NCBI GenBank assembly: GCA_017649855.1
Contig: JAGCGA010000012.1
Coordinates: 63,311 to 127,310 of the forward strand
Origin: Bacteroidales bacterium
Lineage (GTDB): Bacteria > Bacteroidota > Bacteroidia > Bacteroidales > WCHB1-69
Length of the DNA stretch: 64,000 bases
Direction: 5' to 3'
Under the pieces are notes generated by a model. The model ran no database searches. It was not told the DNA's origin and saw only the letters and a list, made by a program, of their open reading frames with translations. How positions within the stretch are numbered: the first letter of the stretch is position 1; each line of letters begins with the position of its first letter. Positions 9,058-18,590 of this stretch are shown here, piece by piece. Made by a program: the position numbers and the translations under genes.

Positions 9058-10338
9058 TTAGTTGACGTTCTCTTTGGAATATTCTTCTTTGAATGCAAAA
9101 ATGAAGGCGATAGCCACGACAAGCGCATAGCCGGCGAAGATGTACCAAGCATTGGTCCAGCCTTGCATGATGACATTGGGCTCCGCATGTTGCCTAAGCG
9201 GATTAAAGACGAAGTGGTTCAACACTGCCTGCGCACTGAAGGTTCCGATAGTGGCGCCAATACCATTGGTCATCAGCATGAAGAGACCTTGGGCGGAAGC
9301 ACGGATGGAGGGGTCTGTCTGCTGATCCACAAACAAGGAACCGCTGATGTTGAAAAAGTCGAACGCGACACCATAAACGATGCAAGAGAGGACGAACAGC
9401 CAGACGCCCGAACCAGGATTGCCTAATCCGAAAAAGCCAAAGCGGAACACCCAGGCGAACATGGCAATCAACATCACTTTCTTGATGCCGAATCTTTTCA
9501 AAAAGAAAGGTATCAGCAATATACACAACGTCTCCGAAATCTGAGACAGGGATATCAGCATGTTAGCATGCTGCACGCCAAAGGTGTCTGCATATTCGGG
9601 AATGTGCCCAAAACTGTGCAGGAATGGATTCGCAAATCCATTGGTGATCTGCAACGAAACCCCTAAAAACATGGAGAAAATGAAAAATATGGCCATCTTC
9701 TTCTCCTTGAAAAGCGTGAAGGCACGAAGGCCAAACATGTCAACGATTGAGGTGACTTTTCTATCATGATTGCAGTTGCACTTGGGGAGTGTGAAGGCGT
9801 ATAAGCCTAATACAAGTCCAATACTACCACTCAATACAAACTGATTGGCAGTGGGTTGGAATCCCAATAGGTCAACACACCACATGGCTACAATGAAACC
9901 GATGGTGCCAAAGACACGGATGGGAGGGAAGTTTTTGACCCGATCCAGATTGGCCATTTCCAAAGCGTTATAAGCCACGGAATTGGATAATGCCAGGGTG
10001 GGCATGTAAAAGGCTACTCCGATGGTGTAGAGCGCAAATAACGGGCCGAATTGCACGGCATCGCCCGAGTTGATTCCGTAGACGCCCGCACAGATCATGG
10101 CTATGCCTGAGATTAAATGACTGATACCTAGCATCTTCTGTGCTTGAATCCAGCGATCCGCAATGATGCCGATGATGGCCGGCATAAAGATAGAGACGAT
10201 TCCTTGGATAGAGTAGAAGATGCCGATTTGATGACCTAACCCGTGGAGGTGCAAATAAGTGCCCATACAAGTCAAGTATGCTCCCCAGACGGCAAACTGG
10301 AGAAAATTCATGATGATCAGTCGAATCTTTAATTGCAT
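9058..10338 (-). CDS. nupG: MFS nucleoside:H+ symporter (NupG/XapB family)
   Basis: MNFLQFAVWGAY, IADRW, FYMPTLALSNS, FPPIRVFGTIGF, SQISE, AFDFFNISGSLFVD, RASAQGLF. Confidence 0.9.
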   Translation of the reverse strand: MQLKIRLIIMNFLQFAVWGAYLTCMGTYLHLHGLGHQIGIFYSIQGIVSIFMPAIIGIIADRWIQAQKMLGISHLISGIAMICAGVYGINSGDAVQFGPLFALYTIGVAFYMPTLALSNSVAYNALEMANLDRVKNFPPIRVFGTIGFIVAMWCVDLLGFQPTANQFVLSGSIGLVLGLYAFTLPKCNCNHDRKVTSIVDMFGLRAFTLFKEKKMAIFFIFSMFLGVSLQITNGFANPFLHSFGHIPEYADTFGVQHANMLISLSQISETLCILLIPFFLKRFGIKKVMLIAMFAWVFRFGFFGLGNPGSGVWLFVLSCIVYGVAFDFFNISGSLFVDQQTDPSIRASAQGLFMLMTNGIGATIGTFSAQAVLNHFVFNPLRQHAEPNVIMQGWTNAWYIFAGYALVVAIAFIFAFKEEYSKENVN

Positions 10339-10429
10339 AGTTTGAAAATTTTGCGATGACGGATGTTAACCATACTCTTTACATTTCCAGAGATTCTGTT
10401 TGAACAGATGGGGTCTGGAAATCAAAAAG

Positions 10430-10437
10430 CAAAAATA
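10430..10437 (-). promoter_or_regulatory. -7 box (TATTTTTG) for nupG
   Basis: CAAAAATA on the + strand about 90 nt upstream of the start. Confidence 0.6.
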
Positions 10438-10552
10438 CAAAAAATATTCACAGGCTAGTTGCTAAAAGCAGGAGGCCTGTCTCTGAATGACTCTGTCAAA
10501 GTCCTGAAAAACACTCCTGTTTCCCATTTTTATGCTAAATGCGCATCCCTTG

Positions 10553-11164
10553 CTATTTTACCTTGAAGTCGAACAACTTTTGTCCTTCCAAGAAACCCTC
10601 CAGCCGGTCGTTGATGTGTACGGGCCCAACCCCTACCGGTGTGCCGGTAAAGATGATGTCCCCCGTCTTGAGCATCACAAACTGTGAGACGTATGAGATG
10701 ATTCTGTCAATGGAAAAGAGCATGTCCCGGGTATGTCCGGTCTGCACTTGTTCCCCATTGAGGAGCAGATGGAAGTGGAGGTCTTGCACGTCGGGCAACT
10801 CACTTTTTGGGATGAATTTGCCGACGACTGCAGACCCGTCAAAAGCCTTGGCAATCTCCCACGGCTCACCATCCTGAATGCAGGCACGTTGCAGATCCCG
10901 GGCGGTGAAGTCCACCCCTAACCCAATCTCATCGTAGTAGAGATGTGCGAACTTCTCCTGGATGTGGCGGCCTAAGCGGTTGATCTTGACAATGATCTCT
11001 GTCTCGTAGTGGACCTCCTTTGAGAAATCTGGGAGAAAAAACGGCCGGTTACAGCGTGTGATTGCCGATTCGGGCTTCATGAAGAAGACCGGATTCTTTG
11101 GCGTGGAATGTTTTAATTCCGCGATATGCTCTGCATAATTGCGCCCAATGCAAATGAACTTCAT
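10553..11164 (-). CDS. Fumarylacetoacetate hydrolase family protein
   Basis: CIGRNYAEH, FMKP, HYETE, DFTARDLQ, AKAFDGSA, GDIIFTGTPVGVG. Confidence 0.93.
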   Translation of the reverse strand: MKFICIGRNYAEHIAELKHSTPKNPVFFMKPESAITRCNRPFFLPDFSKEVHYETEIIVKINRLGRHIQEKFAHLYYDEIGLGVDFTARDLQRACIQDGEPWEIAKAFDGSAVVGKFIPKSELPDVQDLHFHLLLNGEQVQTGHTRDMLFSIDRIISYVSQFVMLKTGDIIFTGTPVGVGPVHINDRLEGFLEGQKLFDFKVK

Positions 11165-11169
11165 CCTTC

Positions 11170-11988
11170 TTAGAAAAAGTTAAAGCCTAACACAATCTCG
11201 ACACATCCCATCTTGGCCTTCAAGGGTTCGCCCGTCATACTGTTTACGGCTTGACCCCGGCCTTTGAAGAAGTTTGTCAAGGTGTGTGCATAGTTGAGAT
11301 ATACACTGGCCCTGGTGCTACGGGTGAGCGAGTATTCCACGCCAATGCCGCCATAAATAGCCTCTTTGAGGAGAGAGCACTCGTCATATTTGCTCTTCTG
11401 GCGTTCCCATAACTCTGGTTCCTGTCCAGTTTGTCCACTCATGAAAAAATAGCCGTCCCGATTGGTGGCACCAATGAGGAAACTGTTGTATAAACCGATG
11501 TTCCCACCGAAGCTGAAGTTATGGATGGGGTTGGTTTTCAAGGTGACGCCAACAGGAATGGTCATGTATTGCGCTGTATAGGTTCTGTTGGTGGTCGTCC
11601 CGGGGGTAATGATCAGTCCGGGGATCTCCACGTTGTCCACGTAAGTCAATTTACCGCCCAGACGCTCATACAAGATACCGGTGGTGAAATAGAAATTCTT
11701 ACGTTCGGTCAGGTTGATGTTGAGGTTTACACCCGTGTGAAAATGCAAGGTGGTACCATTGCGCTCGTATCCCGCTGTGCCAGGATACATCCACGAGAAG
11801 GAGGGAGCAAAGCAGACGCCAATATTCAGTTTGGCTCCGAAACCATTGTCTTTCTCCAACAACTCGACGGGCGCTTCTGGCTGCAGGTGTGGACGCGGAT
11901 GACGCGGCCCTCTGGGCGACTTCTGTGCAAAGGCACTGATGCTGAATGTGACGATTAAAAGAATGACCGTAAAAAGATGCTTTGTCAT
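11170..11988 (-). CDS. Outer-membrane beta-barrel protein (porin/PorT-like)
   Basis: Signal peptide, alternating beta-strand pattern, YMTIPVGVTLKT motif, terminal Phe. Confidence 0.75.
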   Translation of the reverse strand: MTKHLFTVILLIVTFSISAFAQKSPRGPRHPRPHLQPEAPVELLEKDNGFGAKLNIGVCFAPSFSWMYPGTAGYERNGTTLHFHTGVNLNINLTERKNFYFTTGILYERLGGKLTYVDNVEIPGLIITPGTTTNRTYTAQYMTIPVGVTLKTNPIHNFSFGGNIGLYNSFLIGATNRDGYFFMSGQTGQEPELWERQKSKYDECSLLKEAIYGGIGVEYSLTRSTRASVYLNYAHTLTNFFKGRGQAVNSMTGEPLKAKMGCVEIVLGFNFF

Positions 11989-11999
11989 AGTGGTCGGTT

Positions 12000-13025
12000 T
12001 TAAAAAAGTTCTGGTTGATCTGAGGCAAAACGGGTTTTGCCAAGGTGCTGGTATGCCAAGGCTGTCACCTCACGCCCACGCGGAGTGCGCATGAGATAAC
12101 CCTCTTGGATTAAGAAAGGTTCATAGACCTCCTCAATGGTGCCGGCATCCTCGCTGACCGCTGTCGCAATGGTGGTCAGTCCTACCGGCCCGCCTTTGAA
12201 CTTGTCTATGATGGTGCTTAGGATGCGGTTGTCCATCTCGTCTAACCCATGCTTGTCAACATTCAGGGCCTCCAAGGCTATCTGTGTGATGGGCAAGGTG
12301 ATGGCACCGTCTCCCTTCACCTGTGCAAAGTCACGTACCCTGCGCAACAACAGGTTGGCAATACGGGGCGTGCCGCGACTGCGCGAAGCGATCTCATAGG
12401 CGGATTCGTCGTTGATGGGTATCTTCAGGATGGCGGCAGACCGCTTGATGATGTTACCTAAAGTGGCAGTGTCGTAGTATTGCAAACGCAAGTTGATACC
12501 GAAACGGGACCGAAGCGGTGACGTCAATAGACCTGAACGTGTGGTAGCACCCACCAAGGTGAATGGGTTGATGGCAATTTGAACACTACGGGCACTTGGG
12601 CCACTGTCAATCATGATGTCAATCTTGTAGTCCTCCATGGCAGAGTATAGATACTCCTCTACTACAGGGGAAAGACGATGTATCTCATCAATGAATAACA
12701 CATCGTTGGGCTCCAAGTTGGTGAGCAAACCTGCTAAATCGCCGGGCTTGTCAATGACCGGCCCGGAGGTGGTGCGTACATTCACCCCCATCTCGTTCCC
12801 GATAATGTGCGACAATGTGGTCTTGCCTAACCCGGGAGGCCCATGCAGCAGCACATGGTCCAATGCTTCCCCGCGCGCCTTGGCAGCATGCACAAAGACC
12901 ATGATGTTGTCAATGACCTGTTGCTGCCCCTGAAACTCCTGGAACATCGCAGGCCGTATGGCTCGTTCAAACTCTTTGTCCGAAGAGGATAAACGCTGAC
13001 TACTCGGATCTAAATGCTCATTCAT
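12000..13025 (-). CDS. ruvB: Holliday junction branch migration helicase RuvB
   Basis: [53 protein letters not shown]. Confidence 0.98.
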   Translation of the reverse strand: MNEHLDPSSQRLSSSDKEFERAIRPAMFQEFQGQQQVIDNIMVFVHAAKARGEALDHVLLHGPPGLGKTTLSHIIGNEMGVNVRTTSGPVIDKPGDLAGLLTNLEPNDVLFIDEIHRLSPVVEEYLYSAMEDYKIDIMIDSGPSARSVQIAINPFTLVGATTRSGLLTSPLRSRFGINLRLQYYDTATLGNIIKRSAAILKIPINDESAYEIASRSRGTPRIANLLLRRVRDFAQVKGDGAITLPITQIALEALNVDKHGLDEMDNRILSTIIDKFKGGPVGLTTIATAVSEDAGTIEEVYEPFLIQEGYLMRTPRGREVTALAYQHLGKTRFASDQPELF

Positions 13026-13031
13026 CTCCTT

Positions 13032-14027
13032 CTACTTTTGTTTTTCATCAATTCGGTTCAAACCTTTGATGGCAGGCTCAAAGTTGGTCTTCAACATCAA
13101 AGCCTTCTTATAGTCGGCCCGCGCTTTCTCATATTCTCCCATATATTCGTAAGCAACCCCTCGATTGCAGTAGGAATAGACAAAGTCTGGATTCGCCAGT
13201 ATGGCTTGCGTGAACAACTGAGCCGCCTCATCATATTTGGTCTCATCATCCAGATAGATGTATCCCAAATTGTTAAGTGACGGAACATGCTTCGGATCCA
13301 AACCAATACTCGTCTTGTATTCCTGAATGGCCTCCTCGGTCTTCCCCAAGTCCTGATACATCTTGCCTAAGTTATAATGTATCTCTACGTTGTTTGGGTC
13401 CACGTTGAGCGCATTGTTGTAATAGTCAATGGCCAAAGGATTCTGCTGCTGCTGGTAGAAATATCCTAACTCCAGGTATGCTTTGACCTCTTTGGGATCT
13501 TGGTCGATGACCATCTGCAACATTCTCAAGTAGTTGGTGGTGTCACGCTTCTCCTTGAGCATGAAAGCCTTGATGAGATATGCCTTGGGGTTGTAACGCT
13601 GCAACTCCAAAGCCTCTTGGAGGGTTTTGTCGCACTGGTCGAACATTCTCTGGTGAAAATAGAGTTCGGCCAACTTCAGGCGGGCCTCATTGTTTCCCGA
13701 CTCCTTCTGTAACGCCTTCTGTAGCATCTCTTCGGCTAAGTCCGTCTCTCGTTGTGCGAAATACAAGTCCGACAGTTTGATATAATACTTGCTGCTGTCA
13801 GGCTGGAGCTGGATGGCCCGCTGGATGTCGTCAATGCCTTTCTGGATATCCTCGTGAAAATAATAATAGTCGGCCCGCTGAAAATACAGCTCCGCGTCCT
13901 TCGGATGCTTGTCAATGCTGACACATAATTTGGCCAACTCTTCCGGAAGGTCTGCATATTGCTTCCCGGAATGGCAGCCTGACATGAAGATTAGGAGGCA
14001 GCATGCCCAAATAAGCTTATATTTCAT
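13032..14027 (-). CDS. Tetratricopeptide-repeat lipoprotein
   Basis: Lipobox MSGC and multiple TPR units (e.g. IHYNLGKMYQDLGKTEEAIQEY). Confidence 0.88.
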   Translation of the reverse strand: MKYKLIWACCLLIFMSGCHSGKQYADLPEELAKLCVSIDKHPKDAELYFQRADYYYFHEDIQKGIDDIQRAIQLQPDSSKYYIKLSDLYFAQRETDLAEEMLQKALQKESGNNEARLKLAELYFHQRMFDQCDKTLQEALELQRYNPKAYLIKAFMLKEKRDTTNYLRMLQMVIDQDPKEVKAYLELGYFYQQQQNPLAIDYYNNALNVDPNNVEIHYNLGKMYQDLGKTEEAIQEYKTSIGLDPKHVPSLNNLGYIYLDDETKYDEAAQLFTQAILANPDFVYSYCNRGVAYEYMGEYEKARADYKKALMLKTNFEPAIKGLNRIDEKQK

Positions 14028-14033
14028 GATGGT

Positions 14034-15056
14034 CTAGTGCTGTTTTTCTTTGATGGCTTCCCGTATTTTAGCTTCCAGTTCATCACACAACTCCGGATTG
14101 TCGGCCAGCAACTGCTTGACGCCTTCGCGACCCTGCGCCAGCTTGGAATCGCCATAGGAGAACCAGGATCCGGACTTCTTGATGACATTGTACTCCACAC
14201 CTAAATCAATGATCTCACCGGTCTTGGAGATACCCTCGCCAAACATGATGTCGAACTCTGCAAAACGGAATGGCGGAGCCACCTTGTTCTTGACAACTTT
14301 GACTTTGACATGGTTGCCGATTGACTGGTCGCCATCCTTGATTTGGGTCTGACGGCGGATATCCAAACGCACTGAGGCGTAAAACTTCAAGGCGTTACCA
14401 CCCGTCGTTGTCTCCGGATTGCCGAACATGACCCCGATTTTTTCACGCAACTGGTTGATGAAAATGCAACAACAACCAGTCTTGTTGATGGTTGCGGTCA
14501 GTTTACGGAGGGCTTGCGACATCAGACGCGCCTGAAGGCCCACCTTGGAATCACCCATGTCTCCTTCAATCTCACTCTTGGGTGTCAAGGCCGCCACAGA
14601 GTCGATGACGATGATGTCGATGGCTCCGGAACGAATCAGATTGTCGGCAATCTCCAAAGCCTGCTCGCCATTGTCAGGCTGCGAGATGAGCAAATCGTTG
14701 GTGTTGACCCCCAACTTCTCCGCATAAAAACGGTCAAAGGCATGCTCCGCATCGATGAAGGCAGCAATGCCTCCCTGCTTCTGAGCTTGCGCGATGGCTG
14801 AAATGGCCAACGTGGTCTTTCCGGAAGACTCCGGACCATATATCTCAATCACACGCCCGCGTGGAAAACCTCCTACTCCTAGGGCAATGTCCAGTCCAAT
14901 AGATCCGGTAGAGATGACATCCATTGCCTCTATATCCGTCTCGCCCATCCGCATGATGGCGCCTTTGCCAAAGGTTTTTTCCAGTTTCTCTAGAGTGGTG
15001 TTGAGTACTTTGAGTTTTTCTGCATTGATGCTGCTTTTAGCTTCTTCTTTTGTCAT
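14034..15056 (-). CDS. recA: Recombinase A
   Basis: [43 protein letters not shown]. No intein. Confidence 0.99.
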   Translation of the reverse strand: MTKEEAKSSINAEKLKVLNTTLEKLEKTFGKGAIMRMGETDIEAMDVISTGSIGLDIALGVGGFPRGRVIEIYGPESSGKTTLAISAIAQAQKQGGIAAFIDAEHAFDRFYAEKLGVNTNDLLISQPDNGEQALEIADNLIRSGAIDIIVIDSVAALTPKSEIEGDMGDSKVGLQARLMSQALRKLTATINKTGCCCIFINQLREKIGVMFGNPETTTGGNALKFYASVRLDIRRQTQIKDGDQSIGNHVKVKVVKNKVAPPFRFAEFDIMFGEGISKTGEIIDLGVEYNVIKKSGSWFSYGDSKLAQGREGVKQLLADNPELCDELEAKIREAIKEKQH

Positions 15057-15086
15057 AGTTTTTGTTTTAGTGGATTAATAAGACCG

Positions 15087-15094
15087 CAAAAATA
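15087..15094 (-). promoter_or_regulatory. -7 box (TATTTTTG) for the recA operon
   Basis: CAAAAATA on the + strand about 30 nt upstream of the recA start. Confidence 0.65.
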
Positions 15095-15281
15095 CGCTTT
15101 TTTTCTTTATGATTTTACGCGTTATTTAACCGATAATTGTAAAAATCATATAGCGTAAAACGCAGATATATAATGCATTGTTGCATTCTTTTACAATCTA
15201 CTGTAAAATCTTTTTCGGCACATTTCCCCAGCCATCGACATTTTGGAGGTTCCGCCGCCTTTATGAATGGAATATGTCCTG

Positions 15282-16046
15282 CTACTTTTCAAAAATGCCG
15301 AATATGGCAGACCCACTGCCTGACATGGCTGCATATATGGCCCCTCGTTCGTAGAAGGACTTCTTGATATCCGCAAGTTCGGGATGTTTGGCGAAGACCG
15401 TCTCTTCAAAATCGTTGCGGAGACACTCCCTCCAAGAGCTGACAGGCTGCCCGATAATCTGAAGGATGGATTGCGAGGGCTCTCTCGGCACGATGCCACG
15501 ATAGGCTTCTGCCGTGGAGACGGAGATGCCCGGCTTCACAATCTCTATGCGGTAATCATGTAGGTTGAGCGGAATCTCCTGGAGTCGCTCCCCACGTCCG
15601 GTAGCGTAAGCAGGCGTGTTGAGAATGAAAAAGGGGACATCACTGCCCAACTGGGCCGCGTATTCCAAAAGCTTTTCCTGGGAGATGGCAAGACCACAAT
15701 GATGGGCTACGGCCTTCAAAACACAGGCCGCATCCGAAGACCCTCCACCTAATCCGGCTCCAATCGGGATGTTTTTTTCTAATACGAGCCGGATTCCGTG
15801 AATGTGATAATCACCTTTCAGCAGATTAAAGGCTTTCACACAAAGGTTGTCCCGGTCAGGCCCCGTGTCCCAATTACTGTGACATTCAAACTCAAAATCT
15901 CCTCTGCAAGGCTCAATAGTCAGCCTGTCTGTAAAAAAGTCCGTGGGGTAAAAGACGGTTTCCAAATCATGATATCCATCGGCACGCTTGCGTACGATGT
16001 GCAGTCCTAAGTTTATTTTGCATCCTGCAATGTAGGTGTCCTTCAT
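15282..16046 (-). CDS. ispE: 4-diphosphocytidyl-2-C-methyl-D-erythritol kinase
   Basis: KINLGL, DGYHDLET, KNIPIGAGLGGGSSDAA, LGSDVPFF, MSGSGS. Confidence 0.97.
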   Translation of the reverse strand: MKDTYIAGCKINLGLHIVRKRADGYHDLETVFYPTDFFTDRLTIEPCRGDFEFECHSNWDTGPDRDNLCVKAFNLLKGDYHIHGIRLVLEKNIPIGAGLGGGSSDAACVLKAVAHHCGLAISQEKLLEYAAQLGSDVPFFILNTPAYATGRGERLQEIPLNLHDYRIEIVKPGISVSTAEAYRGIVPREPSQSILQIIGQPVSSWRECLRNDFEETVFAKHPELADIKKSFYERGAIYAAMSGSGSAIFGIFEK

Positions 16047-16097
16047 GATAATTGAATGTCAAAGTGCATGTTATGAGTCTAAAGGATATTGCTGTGG

Positions 16098-16964
16098 CTA
16101 AAGTTTCAGCGTGTCAAAGTTCTTGCCAAACACATTGGAGGTTTTGGTGATGGTGACGAAGGCGGAACTGTCGATTTCCTTGATGATACGGCTCACGCGC
16201 ACCTTGTCGGTGCGGTGGGCGATGATGAGGAGAACGTCGTTCTCGTGGCGGTCGTAAGCCCCGTAACCTTTGAGGAAGGTGGCGCCTCGGTGCAGTTCCT
16301 GGTTGATGCGCTGCGAAATCTCGTCGTTTTTCTTGGAGAAAACCATAAACTGATAGGTCTGGTGGAAACCGTCAATAACGCTGTCGGCCACCAACATACC
16401 GACGAAAAGCACCACAAAACTGTACACCAGTCGCTGCACGTCCATCAGGATGAAGAAGGAGGAACCGACAATGAGGAGGTTACACATCATATTCACCTTG
16501 CCGTAGGAGATGTTGCGGTATTTGCCCACCATCAGGGCGATGATGTCAAGGCCACCGGTGTTGCCGCCCCAGTTGATGGAGATGCCGGCTCCCAGGGCGC
16601 CGAGCGACGCTCCGATGATGACGCTCATAAACATATCATCCAGAATGGGTTGCGTGAAAATGCGCTGCCCGATGTAGAAGAAGACGGACATAATCAGGGT
16701 GCATATCAAGGAGTTGATGCAGAATTTGGGACCTAACACCTTCCAAGCGATGGCGATGAGGATGGCATTGAGGGCGAATGTGGTGAAACCAATGGGGATT
16801 TTGGTGGCGAAATATAGGATGGAAGCGATGCCGGCCACACCACCGCCAGTGACCTCGAAAGGTGTCATAAATGCGGACCATCCGAAGACAAATATCGCCA
16901 AACCGATGGTGATAAAAAAGTAATTCTTGACTTCTTTCAGAATGTCTTTCATCGTAATCTTCAT
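16098..16964 (-). CDS. YitT family membrane protein
   Basis: GGVAGIA, GGNTGGLDIIA, HRGAT...GYGAY, IDSSAFV. Start set at ATG 16964, downstream of the -7 box at 17029-17036. Confidence 0.88.
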   Translation of the reverse strand: MKITMKDILKEVKNYFFITIGLAIFVFGWSAFMTPFEVTGGGVAGIASILYFATKIPIGFTTFALNAILIAIAWKVLGPKFCINSLICTLIMSVFFYIGQRIFTQPILDDMFMSVIIGASLGALGAGISINWGGNTGGLDIIALMVGKYRNISYGKVNMMCNLLIVGSSFFILMDVQRLVYSFVVLFVGMLVADSVIDGFHQTYQFMVFSKKNDEISQRINQELHRGATFLKGYGAYDRHENDVLLIIAHRTDKVRVSRIIKEIDSSAFVTITKTSNVFGKNFDTLKL

Positions 16965-17075
16965 AGGACGGTGTTTTATGTTGTTGGAAATCAGTTGACT
17001 AAAAAAAGCTCTGGCATAAAAACTGCTGCAAAAGTAAAAATTTTTTTCGGGTGGTGCACATATTGAAAAAAAATG

Positions 17076-17083
17076 TATTTTTG
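17076..17083 (+). promoter_or_regulatory. -7 box (TATTTTTG) for tRNA-Asn, divergent from the yitT box at 17029-17036
   Basis: TAnnTTTG match about 30 nt upstream of the tRNA. Confidence 0.65.
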
Positions 17084-17112
17084 CCGCCGTTAACAACCAA
17101 GGTTGACAACCC

Positions 17113-17186
17113 GCTTCCTTAGCTCAGTTGGTTAGAGCATCTGACTGTTAATCAGAGGGTCCAAGGTTCAAGTCCTTGAGGGAGCG
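17113..17186 (+). tRNA. tRNA-Asn (GTT)
   Basis: Cloverleaf: acceptor GCTTCCT/AGGGAGC, D arm GCTC/GAGC, anticodon arm TCTGA-CTGTTAA-TCAGA, T arm CAAGG-TTCAAGT-CCTTG. CCA not encoded. Confidence 0.97.
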
Positions 17187-17193
17187 CAAAACG

Positions 17194-17229
17194 AAAGCAC
17201 CGAATTCCAGCGAGTTCGGTGCTTTTTTT
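17194..17229 (+). terminator. Intrinsic terminator after tRNA-Asn (possibly bidirectional)
   Basis: AAAGCACCGAA...TTCGGTGCTTT stem followed by a T run. Confidence 0.8.
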
Positions 17230-17261
17230 ATCTCATTATTCAGAATACTACGCGTTTTCCT

Positions 17262-18590
17262 CTATTGGTGCTCTTGCTCAAAGACCCACTCCGCGTTGTT
17301 GCGCAAACATTGGTCAACACTAATTCTCTTTTCTTTTGCCTGCTTCTTGACACTCTCATACCACGCTGGAGTTCCCTTGATCCGATCCATAATGTCCCGA
17401 ATAGCTTCTTCCTTGTCGATTTTGTCAAAACCAGGTCCGTCTTTCAAAGCCTGCTCAACAGTGGCAAGGAAATCAAAGAAATAGGAGTATGCATGCATAT
17501 CGGTGAAAACCAAAAGGATAACATCTGCCTCAGTGATGATTTCATAGCGTGGGAGAAGCGAAATCTTGCCTCTTCTATCCTGCTGGGAGGAGTAGGCTGT
17601 CTCATTGTATTTCCAATAATCCACCTGGTTGAAAGCCTTGACAAAGTCGGTGTTTTCCAATTGGGTGAAGTAGCTGTCCCCAACGACTAGCAAATTGGGT
17701 TTGGGATTCTTTGTGCCACCTTGCAGGGTGAATGTGGGCATCGGGATCCGCTCGTGCCGTAGAGGAAATAGCAGGTTTAGTTGGGACTCCAACTCTTTGT
17801 CACTGTTGCGATAGCGCGTGGTGAGATTACTGTCTGTGCATACAGCATGAGGCATGGGATACCCTTTCACGGATGCGATTTTCTGCAAGATGGTATCCGC
17901 TACAAAAGGTATCGTGGAATGCGCCCAATGGGTGCCGAATGGCGTGTAAACAGGGTAAGAGGCACTCTTCTTCAGCTCCAAAAATAGTGGAATGAAGTTG
18001 ATGTGTGCTATGCCGGCTTGCTCATAAAGACGAGCGTATTCTTCTTGAATGGAGAATGGACAATGCTCTTTCCGGATGTTGTCCGGCAGATATTCCGGAT
18101 AGATCAGAGGCTTTGAAGGGGCTAAAACCACGATGATGTCGGTGCCGAATTTCTTGAGTGTGTCGATTATCCGGCAGGTCTCCTCGATGTTCCGCTGCAT
18201 CGCTATCCGCGCACTGTCTTCACTTCCATATTGGTCTCGAAGCGTTTTGCCCGTGTACACATCGGTGTATTGTTTCAAATAGAACTCATGCTTTTTTCCT
18301 ATGATGAGATTGTTGTTGGTGGACTCATGGAAGAGGTCATAGGTGAATTGGTTGTAAGCTCTGATGTAGATGTTCCTGAAGCCGAAATTCTGCTGAAGAT
18401 ACTTCCGTACATAGTCCTGATACTTTTGTGTCTGATAGTTGTCCAGGCTGAGTTTCACGGGCTCTACAGGGGCCGTGAATCCGTCCAGCTGTCTGAAATG
18501 GAACAGATGCCCAACATGCTGAAGCATAGGAAAGCATAGGATGATCATCAGGATCACAAAAAGGATAGTATGCAAACGGGGCTTTTTCAT
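17262..18590 (-). CDS. AlgX/AlgJ-like SGNH O-acetyltransferase
   Basis: N-terminal anchor, NFGFRN, IGK, APSK..IYPEYLP, GTHW (DxHW equivalent), VGDSY. Translationally coupled to the MBOAT gene. Confidence 0.8.
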   Translation of the reverse strand: MKKPRLHTILFVILMIILCFPMLQHVGHLFHFRQLDGFTAPVEPVKLSLDNYQTQKYQDYVRKYLQQNFGFRNIYIRAYNQFTYDLFHESTNNNLIIGKKHEFYLKQYTDVYTGKTLRDQYGSEDSARIAMQRNIEETCRIIDTLKKFGTDIIVVLAPSKPLIYPEYLPDNIRKEHCPFSIQEEYARLYEQAGIAHINFIPLFLELKKSASYPVYTPFGTHWAHSTIPFVADTILQKIASVKGYPMPHAVCTDSNLTTRYRNSDKELESQLNLLFPLRHERIPMPTFTLQGGTKNPKPNLLVVGDSYFTQLENTDFVKAFNQVDYWKYNETAYSSQQDRRGKISLLPRYEIITEADVILLVFTDMHAYSYFFDFLATVEQALKDGPGFDKIDKEEAIRDIMDRIKGTPAWYESVKKQAKEKRISVDQCLRNNAEWVFEQEHQ

